From Chiloscyllium plagiosum (lineage: Eukaryota): DNA of 64,000 bases. Position 1 is the first letter of the stretch. Each line of letters starts with the position of its first letter. The notes beneath the pieces were generated by a model. The model ran no database searches and was not told the DNA's origin. It saw only the letters and a program-made list of their open reading frames with translations. Position numbers and translations under genes: made by a program. The stretch lies in NCBI RefSeq assembly GCF_004010195.1, contig NC_057756.1, positions 2,342,007 to 2,406,006 on the forward strand, written 5' to 3'. Positions 27,385 to 40,626 of the stretch are shown piece after piece.

Positions 27385-27548
27385 GGTCTGGAGTTTCGAG
27401 GGAAAATATGTCATTTCGAAACTGTGTACTGCAATCCACCCATGGATCAGATTTATGCCTCAATTGGTTGTTGTACTGAAATTTGTTGTAGCTATTGTGG
27501 GCATGAGCTTATTCGGTTTATACACAAAATATGGCAAAATGATAAGAG
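27385..27548 (+). CDS. Candidate transmembrane exon (...TAIHPWIRFMPQLVVVLKFVVAIVGMSLFGLYTKYGKMIR-G)
   Basis: Hydrophobic run followed by basic residues, ending in a phase-1 donor (AGAG|gtaact) that joins the 42700 exon in frame. The 5' acceptor (ttacag, phase 2) is weak, so the start is uncertain. Confidence 0.4.
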
Positions 27549-27765
27549 GTAACTGCTGGTCTTGAATACTAATCGGTATCAAAGCGATAGATTGTGTGAT
27601 GTTTTACTCAGTGCAATAATGATGAATGCACAACTTACTGCTCGCAATGCAACATTGCCTGTTCTGATCCTTGTCATCTGATGACTTATAAATTTTAAAC
27701 TGATGTTATTTTACTTATTGAAATGAGGAGAATAATTACAAATGTAGGTTTCCTCCATAGAATTG

Positions 27766-28106
27766 GAAATATGTTGCTGGAGCAGGAGAATCGACGTTTC
27801 GGGCAGGAGCCCTTCTTCAGGAATCAGGAGAGTGTGCCAAGCAGGCTAAGATAAAGGGTAGGGAGGAGAGACTTGGGGGAGTGGCGTTGTAAATGTGATA
27901 GGTGGAAGGAAGTTGCCCCTCCCCCAGGTCCCTCCTCCCTACCGTTTATCTTCGCCTGCTTTGCTCACTCTCTTCATTCATGACGAAGGGCTCATGCCCG
28001 AAACGTCGATTCTCCTGCTCCTTGGATGCTGCCTGACCTGCTGCGCTTTTCCAGCAACACATTTTCAGCTCTGATCCCCAGCATCTGCAGTCCTCACTTT
28101 CTCCTA
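27766..28106. mobile_element. Non-autonomous Penelope pLTR insertion with inverted halves
   Basis: 10-bp TSD catagaattg (27756-27765, 28107-28116). Matches the 3' end of the Penelope at 45972. Hammerhead-like motifs on both strands. Confidence 0.85.
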
Positions 28107-29159
28107 CATAGAATTGTCATATAGGACGTATGATGTTTGATATATGTGTGTGTATGTGTGTACATCTTCACTTTTGCGGTATAAATTTATATTAATCGAA
28201 CATTGACAGATTTGCTTTAGTATCATGGGGTAGGGGGCAATGGACGAGTCACGTAGTCTAACAATGAGCTTTTTGGATCGGAGAACAGAAGTGCTGACAT
28301 GAGGTGAGGCAAAAACAGCACAAAGCCTGCCGACACAGCACTGTTGGTGCAGACAGAAGAGAAAGATTGAAACACGTGACTTTGATCATACATGCATAAT
28401 AAAAATACGTAACGAATTGGAGTAAGTTCAACAGGTTAACGCCAGGTCACTATGGTAAAGTCCAGACAGTTGCAAACAGAGAATATTGCATGACATAGCC
28501 GGACATGCCAAAGGTCAGAAAGATATCAACGAAGATTTGAACTTTGCCCCTGCAATCTTTAGAAAACAGCCTATGTGACAAGAGGCATTCGCTTTAGCAG
28601 AGACGAAGTAATGGAAATAAGCAAGACACATCAATAAATCTGGCCAGCACAGTCCCTTCTCTGTAGTGGATTGCATATCAGTATGGAACACATGAGCAGT
28701 TTTGGGAAATGTTAAACGTAGGTCTAAACTCAAAGTCGAGGAGTGTTTCTGTTATTATCGATATGCACATGCCGCTGCAGGATGGGTCCATGGCACAGGC
28801 ATGCAAATACAGGAGAAGCGTGATGTGCTGAAACATCAGCTGTGTTATTAAAAAAGCAATAATACAGGACTTTGGATGATACAGGTGGAGTCGAGATTAA
28901 TAACCAATGAAATTATCTGACAGTTCGTGAAGAGAGAAAAAATATGTCATCTACATAACTTTTTTGGCATTGAGAGACAGCACAAAATTGAGAGGCGCTG
29001 ACAACATTTCCAAAATTATCGGCATTTATCCACCGTCAAAGCATAGGAAAATCCAAGTTCTCATTCCACATACTGTTAATGTTGTTCCAAAGTATGGATA
29101 TACTTACATATATTGCTTATTTACAGAATTGCCGATAATGCCTCGAGAAGTGCAGGCGG

Positions 29160-29748
29160 TGATGTGAGCCTCTGGGAGGAAGGACAAAATGGTTGATGGA
29201 GCTGCACAGAATGACTTCTGCATTGCTAAATAAGATTAGACAAAATGGCTCATTGTGTCGTCTCTAAAGCTATATGAATAACTAACCACCAGAACTACTA
29301 GCCTGCCGAAGTAGATCAATAAGACGAGGAAATACTACCCATACTCTGCAATCGGCGAATCTTTGTCAAGGGAAATACTAACCACAATGCGAGCTGCGAG
29401 TCTTTGTGGAGATGATTCAACCGTTATGACTTACTTTGTTACCAATCAAAATCATTAGTTCAAGTAAGGGTCAATGAAGTGATATCATGTATTGACTGGT
29501 TGTTACGATATGATCATGCTCCATGACGATCTACAATGCATATAAATGCTTTGCAAACTCTGTGATGTTGTTGGAAACCTTTGATTGCCGGGGCGTGTTC
29601 ATACTTCTGGATGAATCAGAATTTACCAAACCAATACAGTATCATAGAATAAACGATTACCTGTGTGATTGACAAAGACTCATTTACAGGTGTGTGTATT
29701 GACCAATCGTGGAACCACCAGACATTTCCCCGGGGTTTCAGATCTGCC
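29160..29748 (+). repeat. ERV 5' LTR
   Basis: Starts TGATGTGAG, aligns along its length with 40627-41165, contains AATAAA, and is followed by the PBS. Confidence 0.88.
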
Positions 29749-29750
29749 TT

Positions 29751-29768
29751 TGGTGCCGTAACTGGACT
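29751..29768 (+). promoter_or_regulatory. Primer-binding site, tRNA-His-like (degenerate)
   Basis: TGGTGCCGTAACTGGACT versus the tRNA-His complement TGGTGCCGTGACTCGGAT, 2 nt after the LTR. Confidence 0.65.
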
Positions 29769-30049
29769 CGGTATGGATAGGCCATCAACAGCGGCGAAAA
29801 TGCTTTGATTATGCGTTGAGAAATTGGCCACCCAGACGTGAGTATTTCCACCTCTGTTCGGTTTCCGTCTCACTTGTTTCCGGGCAGGGTCGACCATTTG
29901 CAGACTTTGATTTTGATCCAACCTGACAAATACTCTTTCACAGAAATCTACGTGTATAAGCGTTTTGACACAGAATATCGGTTAACAGTTCAAAAGAAAA
30001 GGAAAATCTTAAATATTATAAGTTTGGACTTATGCACGTTGTCTAAATT

Positions 30050-30620
30050 CAGACTCGAAAAGGTGTTTCGGGTTCAGAATCGGAATTCCGATGGAACAGC
30101 AGTCGGTGGTTTAGTTTCCGAAATGGAATGCTGACGGGACAATGACTCCATGATAAATTCAGACAATAAAAAGGGTAGTTCTGGTTCCAAGACGGAAGTC
30201 CGATGGGATACTGGTCAGTGATTCAGATTCAGAAATGGAATCAGACGGGACACTGATTTTGTGATAAATTGATTTTATATTATTGTGTGAGAGGAGAGAC
30301 GTTAATAAATATTGCGAAAAATTGTATCTATACGACAAACCGACAGATTTTAAAAAGGAAGTTTCGTTCTGAGATGGAAGTCCAACGGTACACCGGTTGT
30401 AGTTTAGCTTCTGCAATGGAATGCTGACGCGACCCTGACTAGTTTAGCTTCTGCAATGGAATGCTGACGCGACCCTGACTCGATGATAAACTGAGAGATG
30501 ATGCGAAAAGGTATTATACAAAAGGTGTTTCTGATTCCGAAATGGAAGTCTGACAGGACACTGGTCAGTGGTTTAGGTTCCGAAATGGAATAATGACGGC
30601 ACACTGACTCTGTGATTAAT
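30050..30620 (+). repeat. Degenerate tandem repeats in the ERV leader
   Basis: Recurrent ggttccgaaatggaa..ctgacgggacactg units; perfect 40-bp tandem duplication at 30401-30440 and 30441-30480. Confidence 0.85.
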
Positions 30621-32185
30621 TGATCAAATTGACTGAGAATTTTGAATTTTTTTCACTAAAGGCTGATTGCCGTAAGAAAATTTTATAGTGACTGAGTTAG
30701 TTGGGCTAATAGGAATATAATGTAAAATTTGTACGTCCCAAAGATATACATACATAATTGAATAAAAATGTAAATTAATAAAATAAATTGGGAAGAAAAT
30801 CTTGTGATGGGGATAGAGTTAAAACAAATTCCACTTGTATATTTTCCTGTGTCACAGACGATTGAAACGGCATTAAAAACTTTTCTTGAATTCTATTGTA
30901 AACGAAGAAAAAGTTAGAGAGCGTGTGCACGTCTGTTTATGTAAGAGAAAGCGAGAGAGAAAGCAATTTGTTTCCTTTCAGCCTGCAGAAATTTAACTCA
31001 TTGTTGTCTGGTTTTTATGCACATTTGTTTATTAGTGTCTGAATGTCTTGTTCTCTGGAACTCCAAACGTAAAATAACTGTCTTGATTAAATAAATCGCA
31101 ATTTAGGCATTTAAATTGTATTTGAAAATTGTACTTTAAAGATTTAAATTCTCTTTAAAGTGTCTTTTAATATTGTGTTGGCTGATATGTTAAAATATTC
31201 ATCTGTTTTAAAATGTTTTGAAAAGAAGAAATTATAGGAAATTCTAACACTGGGCTTATGTGACAAATATCCGGAAAAAGCCGAAAGCTTTAGGCAATGT
31301 TCTGGCGACCCAAAAAAACAATTGGGTCATGAACAATGGCCATTAGGAGGTCTGATGAATTCAGACACGGTAAATTCAGCCCAAGAGCAAAGCTGGCGAA
31401 AAATAATGGGCTCAAAACAACTAAAGAATTAATTGGAGTTTGATGTCAATATTGTCAGGTATTGAAACATAATTCTTTACTACCTTCTTGGGATGAAAAT
31501 GCTCGAAATTGGTCATCAAAATTATCTAAGTGGGTATTCTTAAATCGGTTGTAGTTCTCAAAAAGAAATGTGCACATGAGAAAAGATTACAATCTGAGAG
31601 ATCTCTATGTTAATGTAATGACAATATGAAAGAACTGCGCAGTTCAATTGTTCGCCATAAATTATCGTGGGAGACCTTCTTAATTATTCATTTCCCCCTT
31701 TCTTAATTCATAAAGGGGGTAATGAATCTGCGGGGAAAGTCCCGTCAAATTCAATTAAGTCAAAAGAAAATGTAGCTCAGTGGGATTATTGTTGGTAGTC
31801 AACTAGGACACACTGCTGAAGTGAGATTCTATCCGGAAAGCATCAAAACAGTCAAGTCTGCAAGTGACAGCGATATAATGTCCTGCAGCTTCAGTGACAA
31901 ATTGCGGAGAAAGATGTAGATTTGCAAGTAAAAAATAAACTCTGATAGGAAGGGTATGAATCTGGGACGTCAGTTCAAAATACAACCAGTACCAAGATAA
32001 GAATTACAGCCTGACAGTGGATGATAGCTTAAAATTTCCAAAGTTTGAATTGAAGAAATTCTGGGGCACTCAACAATNNNNNNNNNNNNNNNNNNNNNNN
32101 NNNNNNNNNNNNNNNNNNNNNNNNNNNNNNNNNNNNNNNNNNNNNNNNNNNNNNNNNNNNNNNNNNNNNNNNNNNNNNNNNNNNN

Positions 32186-35100
32186 GGCGGAAGTGACGCG
32201 GACCAGAGGGGCTGCCGGGAAGGAAAGGAGTGAGTTTCAGTACTTACCCTTCGATGCCAGCGACCTTTTTGAATGGGAGCAGCAGCGGCGGTATGGCGAA
32301 CCAGGAAGGCTACAGCTAAAGTAAGGGACATTTTTTAAAAAAATTACTTGCCGGAAGTGTGCAGCGGTGTTTTTCCTCCACAGAAGGAGCGGGAGCAGTG
32401 GCGGAAGTGACGCGGACCAGAGGGGATGCCGGGAAGGAAAGTAAGTGACCGTATATATTAGCAAGGCGGCTAAACCCGAGGCACTACAACTGTAATGACA
32501 CCCACCGCCCTGCTCCTCCAGTCAAGTTAATAAGGTAAGGTTCATTTCTAAACTTCCTTTATTGAATATAAGTTTATTGCTTGACTTTATAGCAATTGAA
32601 TTAAGCTTTCTTGCTTAGTATTGTGTGGGCGTTTAGATAAGTAGGGTTTCGATGCTAGGGCAGTTGCTTTCTCCTCCTGCAGAATGTGGCAGGTGAGAGA
32701 CATGACATATGTCTCTGCTGGCTACATCTGCGGGAAGTGCACTCAAATCCAGATCCTTGAAAACCATTTTAGGGAATTGGAGCTGGAGCTGAATGAACTG
32801 AAGATCATTCGGGAGCCTTAGGGGGTAATTGATAGGAGTTACCGGCAGCTGGTCACTCCTGAGCATCAGGATAATGATAGATGGGTTACAGTCAGAGGGA
32901 GGAAAGGGGACACTCAGTGATGACCTGTGTACATTCCACTCAGCAAGAAGAATATCGTTTTGGATATTGCTGGGGGGAATGACCTACCAGAGGAATGCCA
33001 TAGTTGTCAGTTCCATAGCACTGAGCCTGACACACTGTGGCCCAGAATGGAAGGGGGTAGAATAGAAAAGCGCTAGTGGTAGGAAACTCGATTGTTAGCA
33101 GAATTAACAGGAGATTTTGTGGTCAGGATCGAGATTGCTGCAAGGTATGTTGCCTCCCTTGTGCCAGGGTCCAGGACGTCTCTGATCAGTTTTATAAGAT
33201 TCTGAAAGGGGAGGGCTAACAGCCAGAAATCGTGTTACGTATTGGCACCAATTATATAGCCAGGAAAAGGAACGAGGATATAAAAAGTGATTTCAAAGAG
33301 TTAGGGTGGAAGCTGCAGAGCAGGACGAACAGAGTAGTGTTCTCCGGTTTACTACTGGTGCCACGAGATAGCGTGGCGAGGAACAGGGAGCGGGTGCAGC
33401 TTAACACGTGGCTGCGCAGCTGGTGTAGGGGGGAGGGCTTCAGATATGTAGATAATTAAGATGCCTTCTGGGGAAGGTGGGACCTGTACATGAAGGACGG
33501 GTTGCTCCTGAACTGGAAGGTGACAAATGCCCTGGGTGGAAGGTTTGGCCGAGTGGTTCAGGAGTGTGAAACTGGTCTGGCAGGGGGTAGGCAACCTGAT
33601 CTATATACCGGTGATGAGAGTTGATGGAGATGAGGCAATAGCGAAAGGTAACGCAGCCAGTGGGAACGAATTTCCTGGGAAACAATCAAGGGATCGGCTA
33701 AAGTGTGTTTGCTTTCATGCAAGGAATATCAGGAATTAAAGTGATGAGCTTAGAGCATGGATACCTGGTGCTATGCTGTTGTGGCCATATCAGAGTGGTG
33801 GGTTTCTCAGGAGCAGGAATGGTAGCTGGATGTTCCAGGGTTTAGAACATTTAAAAAGGATAGGGAGGGTGAAAGAGGAGGCTGTGTAGCACTGCTAACC
33901 AGAGAGGATTTTACAGCTACAGAAGTTACTATTGTCGAGGAGGGTCTGCCTACTGAGTCAGTATAGGTGGAAATTAGGAACAATAAGGGAGCAGTCATCT
34001 CATTAGGGGTTCACTATAGGCTGCCAATAGCAGCAGGAATATTGAACAAAGCATATGTCGGCAGATTTTGAGAAAGTGTGAATGTAGTATGGTTGTTGCA
34101 ATGAGTGACTTTAACTTTCCCAATATTGATTGGAACCTCCTTCGAGCAGATGTTTTGGAAGGAGCTCTTTTTGTAAGGTGTGTTCAGGGGGGTTTCCTAA
34201 CTCAGTACGTTGACAGGCCATCGAGGGAGAGGCCATTTTGGATTTGGTGCTCGGCAATGAGCCGGGTCAGGTGTCAGATCTTGCGAAGGAAGAGCATTTT
34301 GGTGATAGTGACCACAATTACCTCACATTCTAAATAGCCATGCAGAAGGAGAGAAGCAGGCACAATCGGAGGTTATTTAATTGGGGAAAAGGAAACTATG
34401 ATGCTATCAGACATGAGATGGGTAGCATGGACTGGGAGCTATTGTTCCATGGAACAGGCACTATAGACATGTGGAGACTGTTAAAGGAACAGTTGTTGCG
34501 AGTGATGCATAAATGTGTTCCTCTGAGACAGGCAAGAAGGGGTAAGATAAAGGAACCTCGAATGATGAGAGCAGAGGAGCTTCTCGTCAAAAGAACGAAG
34601 GCAGATTACGTAAGGTGGAGGAAGCAAGGGTCTTGCTCAGCTCTAGAGGATTACAGGCAGGCGAGGAAGGAGCTCAAAAATGGTCTCAGGAGAGCCAGGA
34701 GGGGACACAAAAAATGCTTGGCAGGAAGGATTATGGAGAATCCAAAAGCATTTTACATGTATGAGAGGAATAAGAGAACGATCAAAGAAAGAGTAGGGCC
34801 GATAAGGGATAGCATGGGGAAATTGTATATAGAGTCTGAGGAGGTAGGGGGCGCAATAAGTGAAGTTTTTGCATCTGTCTTTACTAAAGAAAAGTACCTT
34901 GTCGTGAATGAAACCTTTGAAGAGCAGGTACGCATGCTGGAACAGATAGAGATTGAGGAAGCTGATGTGCTGAAAAGTTTGACAAACATTAAGATAGAGA
35001 AGTCGCCAGGGCCAGACCAGATTTGTCCTCGGCTGCTTTGGAAGCGAGAAGTGTGATTGCTTCGCCGCTTGCGAACATCTTTGCATTCTCGCTCTCCACC

Positions 35101-36758
35101 GGAGTCTTACCTGAGGACTGGAGGGAAGCAAGTGTAATTCCTCTCTTCAAGAAAGGAAATAGGGAAATTGCTGGCAATTACAGACCAGTCAGTCTCACGT
35201 CCATTGTCTGCAAAGTGTTAAAAGGTATTCTTGGGAATAGGATTTATGACCATCTGGAAGAGCATGGCTTGATTAAATGCAGTCAGCGTGGCTTTGTGAG
35301 GGGCAGGACATGCCTCACAAATCTTATTGAGTTCTTTGAGGATGTTACTAGACAAGTTCATGAGGGTTGAGCGGTGGATGAAGTGTATATGGTATTCAGC
35401 AAGGCATTTGATAAGGTTCCCANNNNNNNNNNNNNNNNNNNNNNNNNNNNNAAGAGCATGGCTTGATTAAATGCAGTCAGCGTGGCTTTGTGAGGGGCAG
35501 GACATGCCTCACAAATCTTATTGAATTCTTTGAGGATGTTACTAGACAAGTTGATGAGGGTTGAGCGGTGGATGAAGTGTATATGGTATTCAGCAAGGCA
35601 TTTGATAAGGTTCCCTGGTTGGCTCGTTCAGAAGGTCAGGAGGAATGGGATACAGGGAAATTTAGCTGTCTGGATACAGAATTCTCTGGTCGACAGAAGA
35701 CAGCGAATGGTAGTGGAAGAAAAGTATTCTGCCTGGAAGTCAGTGGTGAGTGGTGTTCCACAGGGCTCTGTTCATGGGCCTCTACTCTTTGTAATTTTTA
35801 TTAATGACTTGGATGAGGAGATTGAAGGATGGGTTAGCAAGTTTGCAGACGATACAAAGGTTGGACGTGTCTTTGACATTATAGTGGACTGTTGTAGGCT
35901 GAAGCGTGACATTGACAGGATACAGAGATGGGCTGAGAGGTGGCAGATGGATTTCAACCTGGATAAATGCGAAGTGATGCATTTTGGAAGGTAGAACTTG
36001 AAATTTGAGTACAGGATTAAAAACAGGATCCTTGGCAGTGTGGAGGAACAGCTGGATCTTGGTGTGCAGGTACATAGATCCCTTAGAATTACCACAAAGT
36101 GGACAGAGTTGTTAAGAAAGCATGTGGTGTTTTGGCTTTCACTAACAGGCGGATTGAGTTTAAGAGTTGTGCGATCTTGTTGCAGCACGATAAACTTTGG
36201 TTAGACCGCACTTGGAATACTGTGTCCAGTTCGGGTCGCCCTATTATGGGAAAGATGTGGATGCTTTGGAGAGGGTACAGAGGAGGTTTACCAGGATGCT
36301 GCCTGGAATGGAGGGCTTATCATACGAAGACAGGTTGACTGAGCTCGGAATGTTTTAATTGGAAAAAAGAAGGAACAGAGGGGAACCAGCTGAGGTGTAC
36401 AAGCTAATGAGAGGCATAGATAGAGTTGATAGCCAGACACTTTTTTTTTTTCCCGAGGGCAGAAATTGTTTAATCGAGGTGTCATAGTTTTAAGCTGTTT
36501 GGTGGAAAGTATAGAGGGGATGTCAGAGGTCGGTTCTTTATGCAGGGAGTTGTGAGAGCATGGAATGCGTTGCCAGCAGCAGTTGTGGAAGCGAGGTAAT
36601 TGGGGATATTTAAGAGACTGCTGGGCATGCATATGGACACAATAAATTTGCGGGTTCGTACATTAGGTTTACCTTACTTGAGGATCAATGGTCGGCACAA
36701 CATCATGGGCTGAAGGGGTGTTCTGTGTTGTACTGTTCTATTTTCTATGTTCTATATA
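32186..36758 (+). mobile_element. Full-length-like CR1 LINE nested in the ERV
   Basis: Repeated 5'UTR unit (ggcggaagtgacgcggaccagaggg x2), ORF1 zinc finger and esterase (IGTNYIARK..VVFSGLL), APE (SDFNFPNIDW), RT (KFADDTKV), ttctatgttcta tail. Confidence 0.93.
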
Positions 36759-36769
36759 TATTTTTTAAT

Positions 36770-38030
36770 GTACTTCCCATAGTAATAGCAAAGGTTTAGT
36801 TGATATTGGCAACCATTTGGCAATTGCGGCAGCAAAAGCAGCTCCTGAAGTGGATCTTATGGTTGTGACCAGAATGATGAGATAACCTACAAATTCCAAC
36901 AAAAAACAGTCTACTTCGGGTGAATTAGTGCCAACCATCCACTATATTGTTAAACTTCAGGGGGATGCCACTGATAATGATAAGCTGTTAAGGTCCGAGT
37001 TGTGCTTTTAGTATGACCCTGACGCTCAACTTTGGGCTTCTCCTCCAGGTCAAACTTGTATGTCTGATGATCTTGCTCTCTGAGTTATTGAATGAGCTCA
37101 TTACGCAGCTCATTCTCATGCCAGAGCAGTCAGTGTCTTACTTTTGAACACCATTTATTGGCTCAGAATTTCAGTGACCATTGCTTGATCTGCAAGGAGC
37201 ATAATCCTGGGAAGGGCGTTCCTGGGTCCAGGGGAATATAACTGGACGATTGCCTGGCAGGACTTTTAACATACTCCAACTGGACAACATTGAATTGAGT
37301 AAATGCCTATGTGTTAAATATGTTTTGGTTATTGTTAATATATTTTCCTAGTGGATTGAAGCCTACCCTGGCATTAATGCTACTGCTGAGATTGTAGTGA
37401 AGATTTTGCTGAAGGAAATTGTTTCCTGGCTTGGTATGCCTGTGTGCATTAGCTGACACAATGGGTTGCACTTTTTGCGTAATATTAAAGATGAGCTCAG
37501 TTCCCAGCTTTTTATTCATCATAAGCATTGTGTTTGTCGTCCTCAGGCTGTCGGACTTGTTGAAGCTTTAACCAGACTCTTAAACCTAAACTTGCAAAAA
37601 TGATAGCAAATACTGTCCTCTCCTGGGTTATGCTGCTCCTTTGGTCTTATTCCAATACGATCAACGCCTGCGGAGAGGACGCGACCCTCCCCAGCTGAGA
37701 TTCTCCACTGTCGCCCGTTCTGTACTCCTTGGGACGATTCGACTCCCTCTTCAGTCCACTACAACTACAAGATCGAAGAAATGGTTCGTTATGTTCTTGA
37801 TCTATCTAACTATGTGCGTGCCTTTCACTCTCAGGTGCGTGCAACCTACAGTGGTGTTCCCTTTTCAGTCTCGTCACGGGTGGAGCCTGGTTCGTTTGTG
37901 TTGCCAAGATCTGAACTCACAAGGGTCTCCAACCACATTGGGAAGACTCTTTTCCAGGTCTTACTTAAAATTCCTCCGGCAGTCAATGTCGCTAGTCACT
38001 TGGCTTGTGTCCACTGCATTATTTTAAATT
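36770..38030 (+). pseudogene. pol: ERV pol remnant (RNase H C-terminus and integrase)
   Basis: Across frameshifts: HYAAHSH, CLICKEHNPGK, LQLD, YVLVIV..WIEAYP, VKILLKEIV, PQAVGLVE..NQTLK.KLAK. Confidence 0.8.
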
Positions 38031-38099
38031 GATTGGACGCATCAAACATAAAGCGGGAGAGGAGGGCACAATACTGGAATCGGAGGAAACTGAAATCCT

Positions 38100-40460
38100 G
38101 TCCATTTATGTTTCTAATTTTTGCTGTTTTAATGCTATTCTTCTTAGAGATACTTGAACCAAGAGGACAAACAGTTGGGGTATCACGTACTTACTGACCT
38201 GTTTGATTACTTACGACACCCTGAAAGGAAAGCCACTAAACATTGACGTGAGCTTGAACAATCCGAGATTATCTACCACCTATGCCGGTGTGATGATGTC
38301 CCACACAACAAACCGAGGCTTTTAACGTGTGGAGCGTGAAAAATATTGATTATTGCAATGGACTTTTACATCAGAAAGACTGTATGGTTCATCTGAACAG
38401 TAGAAATCAGTGGAAATTACGATATCAGAGCCAAACCTGTATTTTTGATTTTGCCTGCAGACGTCAGCCAAGTGAAAATAGAAATTGTCAACTCGTCAAT
38501 ATTGTAAATGTTTTAACGAGACTCTTGACCCTTTTTGCACGACTGGCCTACTGGAGAAAATAGAAGCCTGAGAGGAAAACTCCTCAATCCGCATACAACT
38601 TTTTTTATACAGGCCCACAGGACATTCTTCACCCTCGAGGCAGTAGTATGTTACTCCTTTCTATTAGTAGATGACTTACTTTACTGTCCCCCTTCCCCGA
38701 TCCCAATTTTTTTATCAGGATGCTCACTGCCTACGCTTCGAAGAGAAATATCACTTTCCCATACAGTCTTTACCCTCCTCCGCCCGACTGCTGACATTTT
38801 TTAACTCCATTGAAGTGTTGTTTGAGAATTAGTTTAATGGAACTGACTATACAGGCGCAATTTTTCACGTTCTACATAACATCTCCTGCCTATTTGAGAC
38901 TTATCTCGGCTCACTCTTGTAAGACATCGAGTCCTTAAACCTCCTGCACATGTATACAAACAGCTTGCGTTCTTCTGGCTAGGGGACAACAGGCCTTATG
39001 CGGCATAAGTAATTGTCCCCATCTCCATGTTCGGTCTCAGAATGGAACTTTTCCTTTGCACATTTATAGGTCTGTTGTGGTTCTGTTCGCCGAGCTGAAG
39101 TTTTTGTTGCAAACGTTTCGTCCCCTGGCTAGGCGACATCATCAGTGCTTGGTAGCCTCCTGCGAAGCGCTTCTTTGATGTTTCCTCCGGTGTTTATAGT
39201 GGTCTGCCCCTGCCACTATATACCATGCACCCAATATACCAACCACTACAGCGGACAGCTGAAACTGACAACCGGAAGCGGCAGGGACAGACCACTATAA
39301 ACACCGGAGGAAACATCAAAGAAGCGCTTCGCAGGAGGCTCCCAAGCACTGATGATGTCGCCTAGCCAGGGGACGAAACATTTGCAACAAAAACTTCCAG
39401 CTCGGCGAACAGAACCACAACAACGAGCACCCGAGCTACAAATCTTCGCACAAACTTTGAACATTTATAGGTCTTTTCTCTGTTCAGAATCTGATATCAT
39501 TGCCAAGACCATGAGCAATAGAGCTAAGGGCGAGCCCGATGGGAACAAAATTCTGAGGACCATTGTCCATCATACAGAGGAAACGGTCAACAGCATTTTG
39601 ACAACTTCTTTCGTGCTCACGATGCCTCTTGCAAAATGTCGGCCCTTTACTCCTGTAGACCTGACCAGAAACCCTGCTGTAACATTTCAACAACATATTT
39701 TAACAAACTCTCTCTCATAAAGACCAAACCAGGCTATAATTTCTTCAGCCAAGGTAAAGCTACCAATTCCCTTCTCCTTGAAGGCAAATATATTTCCCAT
39801 AAGATTGCTATAAGAACTCTTTTACCCACAACACTACCTTATCCTATCCAGTAGACAACTTAATGGAACCATCACCTGAAGAGAACGCAGTGGTCAGTCT
39901 CAGCTGAATTTTGCTCCAAGTCGAAGGTTTCTAAGGGACAATTTAGGATATTCGGTTCGTTGGAGAATACTGAGTTCCATGAGTTTGGTAGTCTCAGCAG
40001 AGGTAATAAGTCAAAAGAACCGCAATTACCACATCTGCGGTCTGATCATTCGAGGAAATAAGACAAAGACGCCCTGGAACAGATTAAGCTGGGACTATCA
40101 AATCTGCAACTTAACTCTGTGCAGAATCGATACACATTAGACTGTATCCTAACCCAAGAAGATGGAACCTGTAAAATTGTCCAAGGTTAATACATAATGG
40201 GCATTCCCAAGCACATTGGCAATGTCACTAAAATGCAAGCTGAGGTCCAGGTGTTTCCTGACGGAATGACTGAAGGAACCAGTTGGGGAAATCTGGCATT
40301 GGGCTACTGACACAATTGGCTTATCAATTTAGCTATCTGTATCGGAATCGTGCTCTTCTGTCTGTTCGACGGTGTTAGCATTGTTAAGTGTCTAATTACT
40401 AAGCTTGTAAGTTCCTTCAGTGATATAGAATCGCACCAGAAGATGCTCCTTTTGTGATCC
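38100..40460 (+). pseudogene. env: ERV env remnant (gamma-type TM)
   Basis: VQNRYTLDCILTQEDGTCKIV (immunosuppressive-domain-like) at ~40120-40180, and hydrophobic anchor WLINLAICIGIVLFCLF at ~40317. Start approximate. Confidence 0.75.
39074..39460. mobile_element. Penelope pLTR insertion with inverted halves, inside env
   Basis: 14-bp TSD acatttataggtct (39060-39073, 39461-39474). Same family as the 3' end of the 53603-54891 element. Hammerhead cores at 39109-39148 (-) and 39346-39385 (+). Confidence 0.9.
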
Positions 40461-40626
40461 GATGGCTCACTCACATGGGTTAATGGTGATGATAAATGTG
40501 ACCAGGTGAGAGGTGAAGATTGTTACGCCACTCTGGATGATGTTGATGACTGGAACAGCTTGAACGGCATTCGAATGAATTAACCTTCCTTGTTAGTGAT
40601 CGCAGAGCAGTCAGTTGGGGCAAGGA

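Noticed and set aside
22370..30620. Spaced repeats that superficially resemble a CRISPR array
   Set aside because: Eukaryotic DNA; these are tandem units in a CR1 5'UTR and an ERV leader, with no unique spacers or cas genes.
35258..35615. Near-exact ~165-bp direct repeat on either side of a short N gap inside CR1
   Set aside because: Typical unmerged contig overlap, most likely an assembly artefact.
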